Shown: one piece after another, positions 1-12,911 of the stretch
Numbering within the stretch: position 1 is the first letter of the stretch
How the letters are laid out: each line of letters opens with the position of its first letter
Origin: Octopus sinensis
Taxonomy: Eukaryota
Direction: 5' to 3'
Assembly (NCBI RefSeq): GCF_006345805.1
Contig: NC_042998.1
Location: 198,958,001 to 199,022,000, forward strand
Length of the DNA: 64,000 nt
The notes under the pieces: generated by a model
Seen by the model: only the letters and a program-made list of their open reading frames with translations
What the model was told of the DNA's origin: nothing
Database searches by the model: none
Position numbers and translations under genes: made by a program

Positions 1-151
1 TAAGTATGTTAGTGGGCTGCTGCACTTTCCTTATTATGTCTTCTAGATACGATGTACCTGTCGCAGGTGTGTTACATATATATATTATAATTTGTAGTAT
101 TTGTGTGTGTGTCTGTGTGTGTCTGTGTGGTGTGTGTGTATTGTAAACGTT

Positions 152-440
152 GTGAAGACGTGTGGCTTAGTAGTTAGGGTATTCGGCTCACGATCGTGAG
201 ATTGTGAGTTCGATTCCTGGTGGTGCATTATTTCCTTGAGCAAGACATTTTGTCATGTTGCTCCAGTCCATTTACCCGGCATTAATGAGTTGTACCTGTA
301 ATTCCAAAGGTCAGCTCTGTGTCACACTGAATCTCTCTGAGAACGACACGAAGGGAACGCGTGTTTGTGAAGTGCTCAATTACTTGCACACTAATCTCAC
401 GAACAGGCTGTTCTGTTGATCGGATCAACTGGGACCCATG
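152..440 (+). mobile_element. Old tRNA-derived SINE (family F) with CORE-like centre and the same 3' module as family A
   Basis: A/B-box-like head (TGGCTTAGTAGTTAGG...GAGTTCGATTCC), CORE-like TCCTTGAGCAAGACA, then degenerate match to the family A 3' half (GTACCTGTA...GGATCAAC). Confidence 0.7.
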
Positions 441-598
441 AGGGCCAGACATCAGCTCTCATTGTAGTTTTATATTGCTGAGTGGGACGGTTTCTGGTTA
501 TTGATGCTATTTTGTGTTTCTGTAATGAAGTAAGATGGTAGATTTGATATGTACAGCTTTCTTTGAGTCTATGCTAACAAATTTAATGTACTGAACAG

Positions 599-863
599 AA
601 AACAATTGCAGCGTGGAAGGTGTTTGTAAGCCATTTAAGAAACACACAAAAACCGTGAGATTCACTTCAACATTTAAATTTAATTTGTCAAAATATTTTC
701 ATCGCTTTGAGACCGCGACCTGTTCGACCTGTTCACTGAGAGGTCGCGGTCTGAAAGTGATGAAAATATTTTGACAAATTAAATTTAAATGTTGAAGTGA
801 AGCTCACAGTTTTTGTGTGTTTCTTAAATAGCTTACAAACACCTTCCACGCTGCAATTGTTTT
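599..863. repeat. Long foldback (MITE-like or Penelope inverted end)
   Basis: ~120 bp arms 599-720 and ~742-863 are near-perfect reverse complements around a ~20 bp spacer. Confidence 0.9.
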
Positions 864-1170
864 CGTTCCAGCACACGATCTCTGATGAGGTCGCTTGCTA
901 TGTAAATACATCTCCGTAATACAGAAAAAGTTATTTAAGTAAAAATTACTTTTGCAATGCGAAGTGCAATACTTTTGCAATGTTCATCAAATCGGTTGAC
1001 ACAAAATGATGAGAGCTCCAAATTCTTTAATTAATTACTATCAGAAATACACTACCAGTGGAAAAATGAACACATTTACCTATTATTTGTCCTCCCCGAC
1101 AAAGCTTTATTTGCCCGCTGTCTTCTAGCCCACAACAGTGTATCGCTATTACACTGAGATATGATGGATG

Positions 1171-1553
1171 GAAGCACTCCGTCGGTTACGACGACGAGGG
1201 TTCCGGTTGATCCGAATCAACGGAACAGCCTGCTCGTGAAATTAACGTGTAAGTGGCTGAGCATTCCACAGACACGTGTACCCTTAACGTAGTTCTCGGG
1301 GATATTCAGCGTGATACAGAGAGTGACAAGGCCGGCCCTTTGAAATACAGGTACAATAGAAACAGGAAGTAAGAGTGAGAGAAAGTTGCGGTGAAAGAGT
1401 ACAGCAGGGATCACCACCATCCCCAGCCGGAGCCTCGTGGAGCTTTAGGTGTTTTCGCTCAATAAACACTCACAACGCCCGGTCTGGGAATCGAAACCGC
1501 GATCCTATGACCGCGAGTCTGCTGCCCTAACCACTGGGCCATTGCGCCTCCAC
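1171..1553 (-). mobile_element. Full-length tRNA-derived SINE, family A
   Basis: Head TGGAGGCGCAATGGCCCAGTGGTTAGG and tail ...GAGTGCTTCCATCC on minus strand; 12 bp TSD ACACTGAGATAT at 1151-1162 and 1554-1565. Confidence 0.92.
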
Positions 1554-2318
1554 ACACTGAGATATATTACATTGCAATCTATCCCACTCCAGTACATAGT
1601 CATACAAACTGCAGCATTGTATGAGACACCGTGAAATGTCACACAATAATATAGCGCTATACAATATCACACTTTACGGTATTACACGCGGCAATTTATA
1701 ACACTGCAATATCACCTACGACGATATAATACACCCCGATTTGTCACCCTGAAAACTGTTGGAATGCTATTACTACAGCAAAACAAAAGATATATATTTC
1801 AAGATAGCGCTGGTAGACGTTCAGTTTTGTTTTCTTCTTCGAGGAATACAAAATATACAAAAGGAAACAAACAAACGAATAAATAACAAGACTCAAACAT
1901 TGAATACGATGCACTTTTATGTCTTTTTATTATATTTACTTCTTTTTGAATAATTGAGAAGTAAATGAAGCAACAATTATTACGGCCCATAGCACTGAAA
2001 TGATATCCTAGATCCTTGAATATAAACAAGCTCAATGATTTAAATTCGGTTAATTGATTGCTGGCTTTAGGTTTCTCTTCGTCTTCTGTTTCCTCCCGCC
2101 ACCTCAACGTCCGTTCGAGGTTTTATCAAACTGAAATGGCTGAGTTGTTTAAGACTATATCGCTTTTGTTACAATTTCAAATTAAAACACTTTACGATGA
2201 CATATCATTCCGCATTATTTTGTTTACAAATTCTGGTTTGAATTTAGTTGCTTATTTATCTAAAACGACATCTTTGATTAAAAGCAAACTGATAGAATAT
2301 TGCAAGAGATAGCGAAAA

Positions 2319-2349
<31 letters not shown>

Positions 2350-2593
2350 TAAAGTGGAAAGAAAACTAGAGAGTGAGAGCGGGGAAAGAGAGAGTGTTTG
2401 CAACTATCTTCAAGTTGACCGTTTTCAGCTTCCAAGGCAACTTAACGTTTGTAGTAAACAAAGTGATATATCTTTGACTGACTTCTCAGGGCGTCTGAAA
2501 TTGGATATTAGACAGCTAAGTGTGTGTGTGTAAGAGAAATTGACCTCATGTGAGAGTGTGTGTTGCAATGTGTGTATTAATTTGCATCTTGGG

Positions 2594-2595
<2 letters not shown>

Positions 2596-2634
<39 letters not shown>

Positions 2635-2696
2635 GCACATACATATATACGGACATATGCTAGTACATAGCCTTGCCCGTGTTTATTCACACATCA

Positions 2697-2749
<53 letters not shown>

Positions 2750-2781
2750 AGAGAGAGGGTGAGAAAGAGAGAGAGAGAGAA

Positions 2782-2814
<33 letters not shown>

Positions 2815-2939
2815 TAGACAGATGGATAGACAGATAGACAGATAGATAGATAGACAGATAGACAGACACATAGACAGATAGACAGATAGACAAATAGACA
2901 GATAGACAGATAGACAGATAGACAGATAGACAGACAGAC

Positions 2940-3033
<94 letters not shown>
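2596..3033. repeat. Compound microsatellite (GATA)n/(TA)n/(GA)n/(GACA)n
   Basis: Read directly; explains the overlapping YLSI/IYIY ORFs. Confidence 0.95.
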
Positions 3034-3035
<2 letters not shown>

Positions 3036-3362
3036 TGATAGACCACACGAATTTGGTATATTTTGGATAAATTGTTTGAGAAACATGCTGACAATCGCCA
3101 GTTGCTCCAAGAGTGTTGATTTACTCAAAATTGTTGAGTGCAACCAATTTAGAAAATCGTTCAATCTAAGCTTCAGTAAAACATGCGAACAGAATTTAAC
3201 AAATATGAAACCAATTTTATTTTAATTCTGGGGACAAAAACATACTTTTTTAAAAATGAGTTTTCTATTAGCTTTTAGTAATATCTCTTGCAGTGTTTGT
3301 GGGTTTCTAATATTCTCGATCCAGAGGACATAAGAGACCAAATTTCTTTTTTTTTAATTTTT

Positions 3363-3711
3363 TTATTTATTTGTTTCAGTCATTTGACTGCGGCCATGCT
3401 GGAGCACCGCCTTTAGTCGATCAGATCGACCCCGGGACTTATTCTTTTTGTAAGCCCAGTACTTATCATATCGGTCTCTTTTGCCGAACCGCTAAGTTAC
3501 GGGGACGTAAACACACCAGCATCGGTTGTCAAGCAATGCTAGGGGGACAAACACAGACACACAAACACACACATATATATATATATACATATATACGACA
3601 GGCTTCTTTCAGTTTCCGTCTACCAAATCCATTCACAAGGCATTGGTCGGCCCGGGGCTATAGCAGAATACACTTGCCCAAGATGCCACGCAGTGGGACT
3701 GAACCCGGAAC
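3363..3711 (-). mobile_element. SINE family B (CORE-like, internal TA/TG microsatellite), 5'-truncated
   Basis: Reverse complement of the full copy at 11008-11405, missing the first ~45 nt. Confidence 0.9.
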
Positions 3712-3721
3712 TTATATATAA

Positions 3722-3945
3722 GTGTGTGTGTATATGTTTGTGTGTCTGTGTTTGTCCCCCTAGCATTGCTTGACAACCGATGCTGGTGTGTTTACGTCCT
3801 CGTTACTTAGCGGTTCGGCAAAAAGAGACCGATAGAATAAGTACTGGGCTTACAAAGAATAAATCCCGGGGTCGATTTGCTCGACTAAAGGCGGTGCTCC
3901 AGCATGGCCGCAGTCAAATGACTGAAACAAGTAAAAGAGTAAGAG
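3722..3945 (+). mobile_element. SINE family B, 3' half
   Basis: Matches family B from the internal microsatellite to the tail GAAACAAGTAAAAGAG. Confidence 0.9.
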
Positions 3946-4875
3946 TATATTGACTGAAAGTAGTAAAATCGACCATTTTCTCCATGACATCCGTTTGATT
4001 GTTGACCCTGTAGAGAATTATCTGCTACAGGATGGCCTCTGACATAGATCCTTTGTGATTACAGTAATTTCATGCTAATGCTGAAATGGTCGGTCAGTCG
4101 GTCGGGAAGCTATTCCGCTTCTATTTCAGTTCATTGTTGATTGAATGTGAAGGAAATAAACAAACCAGGGCGAAAAACTATCTGATAAATGTGAAGGTTT
4201 CTTGGGTGGATTGAAACACGTAACTTAGTTCTCTTGTGAAATGCTAAAATGGTAAGTTGACCTACGTTTGCTTGAATTTGCTTTATGGTTCACGGGATCA
4301 CTCAGAATACATTTTCAACTTTCTCTGATGAAGGTAAGATTTTGACTCGATCTTTACTTACATATTCACTCCAAACTGATTGAAAAAATTGATGAAGTGA
4401 TGAATTTGGCTTCCAACTGATCTAATCATTAAAACGTTATGTGCAGATATTTTCCTTCCGTCAGATTTTTGGACTCTAAAGTTGCATCCATCTTAGTCTT
4501 TCCAAAAACATTAGAGGCTATTTCAATGAGTCGTATGAACGGCGTGCTTCTGAGACTGCGATGAGGGATTGATCATGTTTCTGCAGAATGATGCCTCTTT
4601 TATACAAGGCCTCTCTAACAATGGCAAACTCTTTGGAAATTAATGCATTAAATGAAATCCATGTCCAGAAGACACTTATTCTACATGGATGATAACTTCA
4701 GTATCAGTTTCATTCATATTGTCATGAGCCATTGTACAGTTCATTAGATACTCAATATCTTGATGTAACATTTCTTATACATATATATATATTTTAAACA
4801 ATATTAATAGCGTTCAGTTAATCACTATACAAATCCATCATTTTTTGCTAAAATGTCTTATTGACGAGTTTCGGT

Positions 4876-4972
4876 TTTTTCACTTCCCTGAAGAGAAGAT
4901 TGCATTGTTTATACCATTTATTCTTTTGAATAATATCAGTGGAATTTTCGAAACATGTGTCGAAAGTAAAAA
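4876..4972 (+). ncRNA. Type I hammerhead ribozyme motif (likely Penelope-derived)
   Basis: CUGAAGA 4888-4894, long stem II, GAAA 4950-4953, short stem III AC-AUGU-GU, GUC triplet ending at C4961, stem I ACUUCC/GAAAGU with one mismatch. Confidence 0.65.
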
Positions 4973-5012
4973 TATTTGATTTATACCTGCGTTAAACTCC
5001 ATTTATTTATTC

Positions 5013-5092
<80 letters not shown>

Positions 5093-5097
<5 letters not shown>

Positions 5098-5212
5098 CCT
5101 GCTCGTTTAGCCAGCGGGGTGGCGTCATTTGAAGGCTAAAACAATGCGAACGCATTGTGACCAGCGATGTGTAACAACATCTGATGGTCTGGTCGGTCCC
5201 GTGATCCCGTGA
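5093..5212 (+). repeat. Short interspersed repeat (probable retroelement end); second copy at ~19821-19900
   Basis: GAAGGCTAAAACAATGCGAACGCATTGTGACCAGCGATGTGTAACAACATCTGATGGTCTGGTCGGTC is shared by both sites. Confidence 0.75.
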
Positions 5213-5245
5213 TATATATATATGTATGTATATATATATATATAT

Positions 5246-5457
5246 AATATTAATTAGAGACAAAACAATTATATGCAAATCAAACAAAGAAAGACTTAAT
5301 CCAATACATAAAAAATTTTATATAAATTAAATATAATTAAGATTAATTAATTAATTAATCTTAATTATATTTAATTTATATAAAATTTTTATGTATTGGA
5401 TTAAGTCTTTCTTTGTTTGATTTGCATAATAGTGGTTTTGTCTCTAATTAATATTAT
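5246..5457. repeat. Spacer-less AT-rich palindrome, ~105 bp arms
   Basis: Symmetry axis at 5350/5351; checked base by base over 5301-5400, one homopolymer indel. Confidence 0.92.
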
Positions 5458-6787
5458 ATTATATTTTACTATAAAATTGGATTCAATCCTAAATCTGATT
5501 TTTCCCTGTAAATTTGGATTTATTCCTTAATATTTATTATTATTATATATATATATATATATATAAGAGAACATTATCTAAAACATCTGAGATATTGTTA
5601 CAAAGTTAAGCTGCATGTTCTCTTTCACATATATGCAAGTACTTTTGATCATCATTTGGATTTAATGAAAGTGTGCAATGATAAATTTTTCACTGTATTT
5701 TAAACGCAGGCATCCAACCTACTTCATCAAGCTCATTAGCTCAAAACGAAGTTATATGAAATCAAGAGTTACATCTTCTGGCTTTAGAAAGAAAGTCATT
5801 TGGTTGTATCATATTTCCTTTCAACGAGTGTCTAAGTGGCTCTGAAGGTATTGATAAGAGCTACAATTTTACCAAGTCATTTGAATTTCGCCTAATTGGA
5901 GACCTCCTTTGTACTGTTTTAGACGTACAAAATGTACGTGTTTGGCAAATTAATTATCTGTTTCTAAAGTGAATTACTATGGGTATTCTCGACGCCATTT
6001 ATCTTAAAATTATGGGCACCATCTGACCAGAGCAACGAAACTTCAAGTGCACTCAGTTAATATTGTGAACTGTTGCCCATTGATATCAAAATCTCTTACC
6101 CTGAATCTACTGGACGTCGGTAAACAATTTACCATATTTAGCTCTCTCGACATGAAAATTGTAATGAACACCAGAAAGTCATTGTTATGCCAATTTTATA
6201 TAATAACGAAATTATTGTATACAGTGCTCAGGTGCACCACAATTTTATTTCTATTAGATGGTAAAGAAAGATGGCCTACAATTCGACGTATTCACTGGAA
6301 GCTATGTCAGGCAAAGGAGGAAAAGCTCGCTAGATTGTTTATTCTTAATACCCAGAGGAAGTAAACTTGCCTTTACATCTCAGCTTTGTGCACGCATGAT
6401 GTTTCGGCAACCTCATACAATAAGAACGGCTTGACTACGAGCAGATTTAGAAAAGACTTAGGCCTGTTCAAGATTGCTAATTTATTAGATATTATACAAG
6501 TACCTAATCCAAGTAAAGACTACCCCAATAGGATATCAAAAAATGAGGGTACCTAAGAGCTTTAATCAGCAACCCACCAAGATTATACACCCCTACAAAT
6601 ATCGTCTGAAACTCATTATCTCTTTTAAAACATAAATATCAGAAGCTTGTAAACAAATACAACTTTAAGATTATTTATTCCCTCTTTGGTAATATTGTCT
6701 TCTACAAAACACACTGGAACCAAAAAGACCACGAAAAATGCGAAAATGAAACCATTAGAGACATACAATATAAACATCCTTTATAGT

Positions 6788-7002
6788 GGCGAGATGGCAG
6801 AATCGTTAGCATGCTAGGTAAAAATACTTAGCGGCATTTCGTCCGACTTTATGTTCTGAGTTCAAATACCACCGAGGTCGACGTTGCCTTTCATCCTTTC
6901 AGGGTAGATAAAATATGTACCAGTTTAACACTGGGGTCGATGTAATCGACTTACCTAATCCCCCGGTATTGATGGCCTGGTACAAAAATTTGAAACCAAT
7001 AT
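6788..7002 (+). mobile_element. tRNA-derived SINE, family C (older tail)
   Basis: GGCGAGATGGCAGAATCGTTAG head, GAGGTCGAC.TTGCCTTTCATCC core. Confidence 0.85.
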
Positions 7003-8110
7003 AAACACCATTTTATAAGTGGGTCCACTTATAAATCATATTACTGAAATAGATTGCATGGATGTTGAAATAAATTGTCTCATTACAGTTTACTAACTTT
7101 CAGAACTAGCTTTCTGAAGTCAAGGATTAGAGTGCAGCACCCGTTGTACTCTAAGTCGAAATGTTTGATAAATAACTATCAAATCTTTGTAGAAGCCATC
7201 TGTTTCTTTTGAGATTCCTTCATTTTGATTTCTCTCTTGGATATAATTCAATATGTTCACGAAGTAGCATAATTTCTTATCTGTTACTAGATCTCAGCCT
7301 AACAATGTTCTATATTCGTTTCAATTGTCAATATTTACACACCTAAATTAGTAACAGATGCTAAATGCTGAAGTAGTAATTCTTCACCGTTTGCAAGATA
7401 TACATCTAAGCTCATTCTCAATTTCTCTACACATACCTTGATACAAATCGTATGAATATTATATTATACAGATAATAAATATCTTATCAGGAGTAAAAGG
7501 AGCCATATTGTATCAATGCATTTTTCTCAGTATCAGAAATATCTATTTTCGTTTCTGTTCTGTTTACTATTTTTTGCTATCGAAAGTGAATCCCAGTAGA
7601 CGTTATGGGTTATTTTTATGACTAGCTTCTGTAGGGTCTCCGTGCACTAAAGTTCATTCATAATGCATTAATCAATTCAAGGCCTTATCACAAGATATTT
7701 TTCCCAAAATGTCACACAGTGTGATTGTACCAGCAACGTCGTCATTGCGAAGAGAGCTTGTTAACCAAACAGCCATAATTGGATCGATGTACAAATACTG
7801 CGCTGTTTCGCGAAAACCCGACATTATCTGAGTGGGAAATCAAGCTTGTTTCTTTTTTTGCCTCTTGTTTTAGATATTTTATACCTCTTCTTTTTTCCCC
7901 TCTTGGCCAATATTCTGTTATAGTGTATCACTTATTACAATGTTTCTTATTACCGTAACCTCTTTTACTGTTCAAGTCAGGCATTTAATGTGTTTTTATG
8001 AATGAAAAATCACATTTTAAAATGCTGGATTCGATTCCTATGTCATTAATGTTATTGTATAGCATTGTGAACGAAAGATTTAACTCAACTATATTCTAGA
8101 ACAAATTATC

Positions 8111-8337
8111 TATTTCTTTATTGCCCACAAGTGGCTAAACACAGAGGAGACAAACAAGGACAGACACACGGATTAAGTCGATTACATCGGCCCCAGTGTG
8201 TAACTGGTACTTAATTTATCGACCCCGAAAGGATGAAAGGCAAAGTCGACCTCAGCGGAATTTGAACTCAGAACGTAGCGACGGGTAAAATACTGCTAAG
8301 CATTTCGCCCGGCGTGCTAACGATGCTGCCCAGCTCG
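8111..8337 (-). mobile_element. SINE family C monomer (GTGGG...AAAGAAATA tail)
   Basis: Reverse complement of family C head, core and tail. Confidence 0.88.
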
Positions 8338-8419
8338 ATAGAACACAAGTGGCTATATTAAGGACTTTCTTTCTCAAGAATATACATTTTTATATGAAAG
8401 TTGTACAATTGTAGAATTA

Positions 8420-8650
8420 AGTTAAGTTAGGTTAAGTTAATTTTTAGGCTCAAAAAACATAAGCAAGGCCGTGTTGGGGGACATGGAGTTATGTACAGGG
8501 AGGGTGTTCATGCAAAGAGTTCAGGCCATTTCTGGTCAAGAGAGTCTTTGAACCGAGCGGTCGTCGGCATCTTCACTATCTCGCCCGGCAGCTTATTCCA
8601 CGGATCCGCAACCCGGACGGAGAAAGCCCTTCTCCGTCGCAGATAGAGCT
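8420..8650 (-). mobile_element. CR1-like LINE 3' end
   Basis: Reverse complement of the ORF2 C-terminus/3'UTR seen at 44826-45253, with (TAAC)n-like tail. Confidence 0.8.
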
Positions 8651-9204
8651 TTTCGGAGTGAATTGAATTCTAATTACGTATGAAAGCATAGATATTGGAA
8701 TTATGACTTAAGAGAATAAGCGAATAATAATAATTATCTACTTGCATTGTGCCAAGTTGCCCTAGTATAATAATTGTTATTATTATAACAACAAGAATTC
8801 TAGAAATAGACGGTAGAAACAGTAGGGCATCAGTGAAAATTTCTAATGGAAATCCCCCAACTTTACTATTATATATATTTGGTCCTTATTTATGATTTTA
8901 TCAGGTATGTAGGTGGCAAATCGTTGCCAGGTTAACTTGTGAAAGACAGTAAGCATTTTTGTGAAGAAAATATTAACTTGTAACCCTGCCCGGGTAGTTC
9001 CCAGTCAGCCTCTACCCAGCCCAAAGAGAACAAAGACACGCAGCAGAAACCAAACAAACAACTGTCGTTTTATATACGCGTGTCCCTCAAGGTCACACAT
9101 AGCATCACGCCATATTCAAGGTCACGCGCATTGGTTGGACGGCGCTGATCACTGTAGAGAGAGCGAGTAAAAGGTAACCAATGTTATGCCAGTAATAGAA
9201 AAGT

Positions 9205-9425
9205 ATCTCAATCGAAGGAGAGGAGCTTTCTCCGTCCGGGTTGCGGATCCGTGGAACAAGCTGCCAGACGAGATGGTGAAGATGCCGACGACCGCTTTGT
9301 TCAAAGCCTCCCTTGACCTCAAGTGGCCTGAACTCTTTACATGAACACCACCCTGTACTTAACTCCATGTCCCCCTACATGGCCTTGCTATTTGCTTTTG
9401 ACCCAAAAATTAACTAACTAACTAA
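9205..9425 (+). mobile_element. CR1-like LINE 3' end
   Basis: Encodes ..NRRRGAFSVRVADPWNKLP..FKASLD; 3'UTR and TAAC tail match 45050-45253. Confidence 0.85.
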
Positions 9426-10050
9426 GTACTGATTACAGGTTGATTGATTTGGAAAGCATTAAACGCATGGTGGCCGAATATTAGAAACGGCAAAAAACTA
9501 AAAATCGCATATTACCCCGAAAGTGCTCGCGTACCACAGGTTGGAAACCACTGGCCTGAACATAAGGAAAATAGCTGGACTAGAGAGTCCTAAACTGAAG
9601 GAGCCATCTTACATCTTCTAATATAATATGATAAGCTGGAACGTGTCTAATTGTCACGATGTTCACCAGCTACTGATTTTCCCCTCTACGTGTGAGTGTG
9701 AGCAGGGGTTCTCAGCCTTACTGGCCACCAAGTCGAAGAGCCGGAACTGTCTTGCTTGCGCACGGCCATGATTTCCGATGCGCTGTGAGCAAGGTTAAGC
9801 CCTGTATTGACTAGCTGGTGGAGAAGAAACAGATTCAGCCCTCGCATTAAACTGAGTTGTGTTCTGTGTTTTTAGTTCATTTGTGTTTTCTACTTGTGAT
9901 CAAATTGATATCTGATCGAATTGAGCTTTTGCCGGAACTAGGTAGTGGTAGGCGATGGCTGTACGAAACCTCCAAGTGGTACGCGATCACAAAATGTTGG
10001 GTTCCACTGGTTTAGGCCCTCATGCTTGTGCATGATGCTGGCAGTTTTCT

Positions 10051-10458
10051 TATTTCTTTATTGCCCACAAGGGGCTACACACAGAGGGGACAAACAAGGA
10101 CAAACAAAAGGATTAAGTCGACCCCAGTGCGTAACTGGTACTTAATATATCGACCCCGAAAGGATGAAAGGCAAAGTCGACCTCGGCGGAATTTGAACTG
10201 AGAACGTAGCAGCAGACGAAATACCTATTTCTTTACTACCCACAAGGGGCTAAACACAGAGAGGACAAACAAGGACAGACAAACGGATTAAGTCGATTAT
10301 ATCGACCCCAGTGCGTAACTGGTACTTATTTAATCGACCCCGAAAGGATGAAAGGCAAAGTCGACCTCGGCGGAATTTGAACTCAGAACGTAACGGTAGA
10401 CGAAATACCGCTAAGCATTTCGCCCGGTGTGCTAACGTGTCTGCCAACACGCCGCCTT
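10051..10458 (-). mobile_element. SINE family C dimer (one head, two bodies)
   Basis: Junction GAAATACCTATTTC at ~10218-10231. Confidence 0.88.
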
Positions 10459-10816
10459 GGCAGTATTCTGGCATCACTTTGACAGCAGGCTGCGATATAG
10501 TGTAGACAGCGACATCAGTTACTTTGTATTGGGTTCGGCACACGGTAGGATAGGATGGATGCTGGCGCAAGTCGTCGTCATTCAACGGCAGCAGTTGTAC
10601 TTGGAAGTAAATAAATTTGATGGTGTTGGATTACAACTGACTTACGATGGGCTGCAGTCTATATACAGGCAGCGTTGATTAAATTGCTGAGTATCGAATC
10701 AGCCAGTTTCGGAAGTAACATGTGTAACATGAGTACGTAACATTGAGAAACTGCAACAACGGTGAAATGCGTACTTGCCGCACGAGTGGTCACTTCTGTG
10801 ATGATTTCGTTTCGCC

Positions 10817-10876
10817 ATGGATTTTTCGCGGACGAAAATAGCACTTTGCGGTATTTCAGATTCACCCACACATTAT
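10817..10876 (+). CDS. Candidate first coding exon MDFSRTKIALCGISDSPTHY (unidentified)
   Basis: GCCATGG start context, in-frame GTATGT donor at 10877, preceded by ~350 bp CpG-rich non-repetitive sequence; no homology recognised. Confidence 0.25.
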
Positions 10877-10966
10877 GTATGTTGTATTGATAGAAATTTT
10901 ATCACAGTGCTGCTTCCAATGCATAAATTCAATTATTATACAGATTTATATTTACACACACACATG

Positions 10967-11007
<41 letters not shown>

Positions 11008-11010
<3 letters not shown>

Positions 11011-11405
11011 CGCAGGAGTGGCTGTGTGGTAAGTAGCTTGCTAACCAACCACATGGCTCCGGGTTCAGTCCCACTGCGTGGCATCTTGGGCAAGTGTCTT
11101 CTGCTATAGCCCCGGGCCGACCAATGCCTTGTGAATGGATTTGGTAGACGGAAACTGAAAGAAGCCTGTCGTATATATATATACAAGTGTGTTTGTGTGT
11201 CTGTGTTTGTCCCCCTAGCATTGCTTCACAACCAATGCTGGTGTGTTTACGTCCCCATCACTTAGCGGTTCGGCAAAAAGAGAACGATAGAATAAGTACT
11301 GGGCTTACAAAGAATAAGTCCCGGGGTCGATTTGCTCGACTAAAGGCGGTGCTCCAGCATGGCCGTAGTCAAATGACTGAAACAAGTAAAAGATAAAAGA
11401 TAACA
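11008..11405 (+). mobile_element. Full-length SINE family B
   Basis: TAGGCGCAGGAGTGGCTGTGTGG head, B-box GGTTCAGTCCC, CORE-like CTTGGGCAAGTGTC, internal microsatellite, AAAAGAT tail. Confidence 0.92.
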
Positions 11406-11427
11406 GATAAAAGATATATATATATAT

Positions 11428-11895
11428 ATGGATGGCGGACAAAAGTGTGAAGTTGAGTGAAATCATTTGAAGGATAACGCAAGTTAGACTCAAAATAAAT
11501 CTAAGGAAGAATGTAACGATTGAGAAGGTGAATGACAATGACCTTTTTGTGTGCCCAGTCTGTGACAGACTATGCCTGTCATTGGCTGGCCTCACATCTC
11601 CTCTGCGAACGCATGGAAAACGAACGTCCACCAATCATTCTGCCTATATGTCTGTGCACACCTTTGAATGCAGTGTATGCCAGAAGGTTTGCAAATCCAA
11701 CGGAGGTCTCAAAAACAATGTTAAGATACACAATGAGTAGAACTTATGAGCAGGTCTTGGTGATCCAAATCAGAGATGCAATCTATGTGGGTGTTCTTTC
11801 GGAATATTGTCTGGTTTTAAAAGCCACATCAAACGCCATGATGGTGCTAAGGTGTAGGTACAGGAGGTGGTCAAACTCTGTATAAGTAGACAACC
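11428..11895 (+). mobile_element. RTE-clade LINE 3' fragment with three C2H2 fingers (decayed)
   Basis: WRTKV..VKSFE, then CPVCDRLCLSLAGLTSPLRTH, CSVCQKVCKSNGGLKNNVKIH and CNLCGCSFGILSGFKSHIKRH across stops/frameshifts. Confidence 0.7.
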
Positions 11896-11896
11896 A

Positions 11897-12900
<1,004 letters not shown>

Positions 12901-12911
12901 ATATCACATAT

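Noticed and set aside
4000-4760. Possible exons or mariner remnant
   Set aside because: All frames between plausible splice sites contain stops; transposase resemblance is limited to a few residues
9652-9992. Possible solo LTR (TGTCACG...CACA, ATTAAA)
   Set aside because: Terminal inverted match is poor, there is no convincing TSD and no second copy
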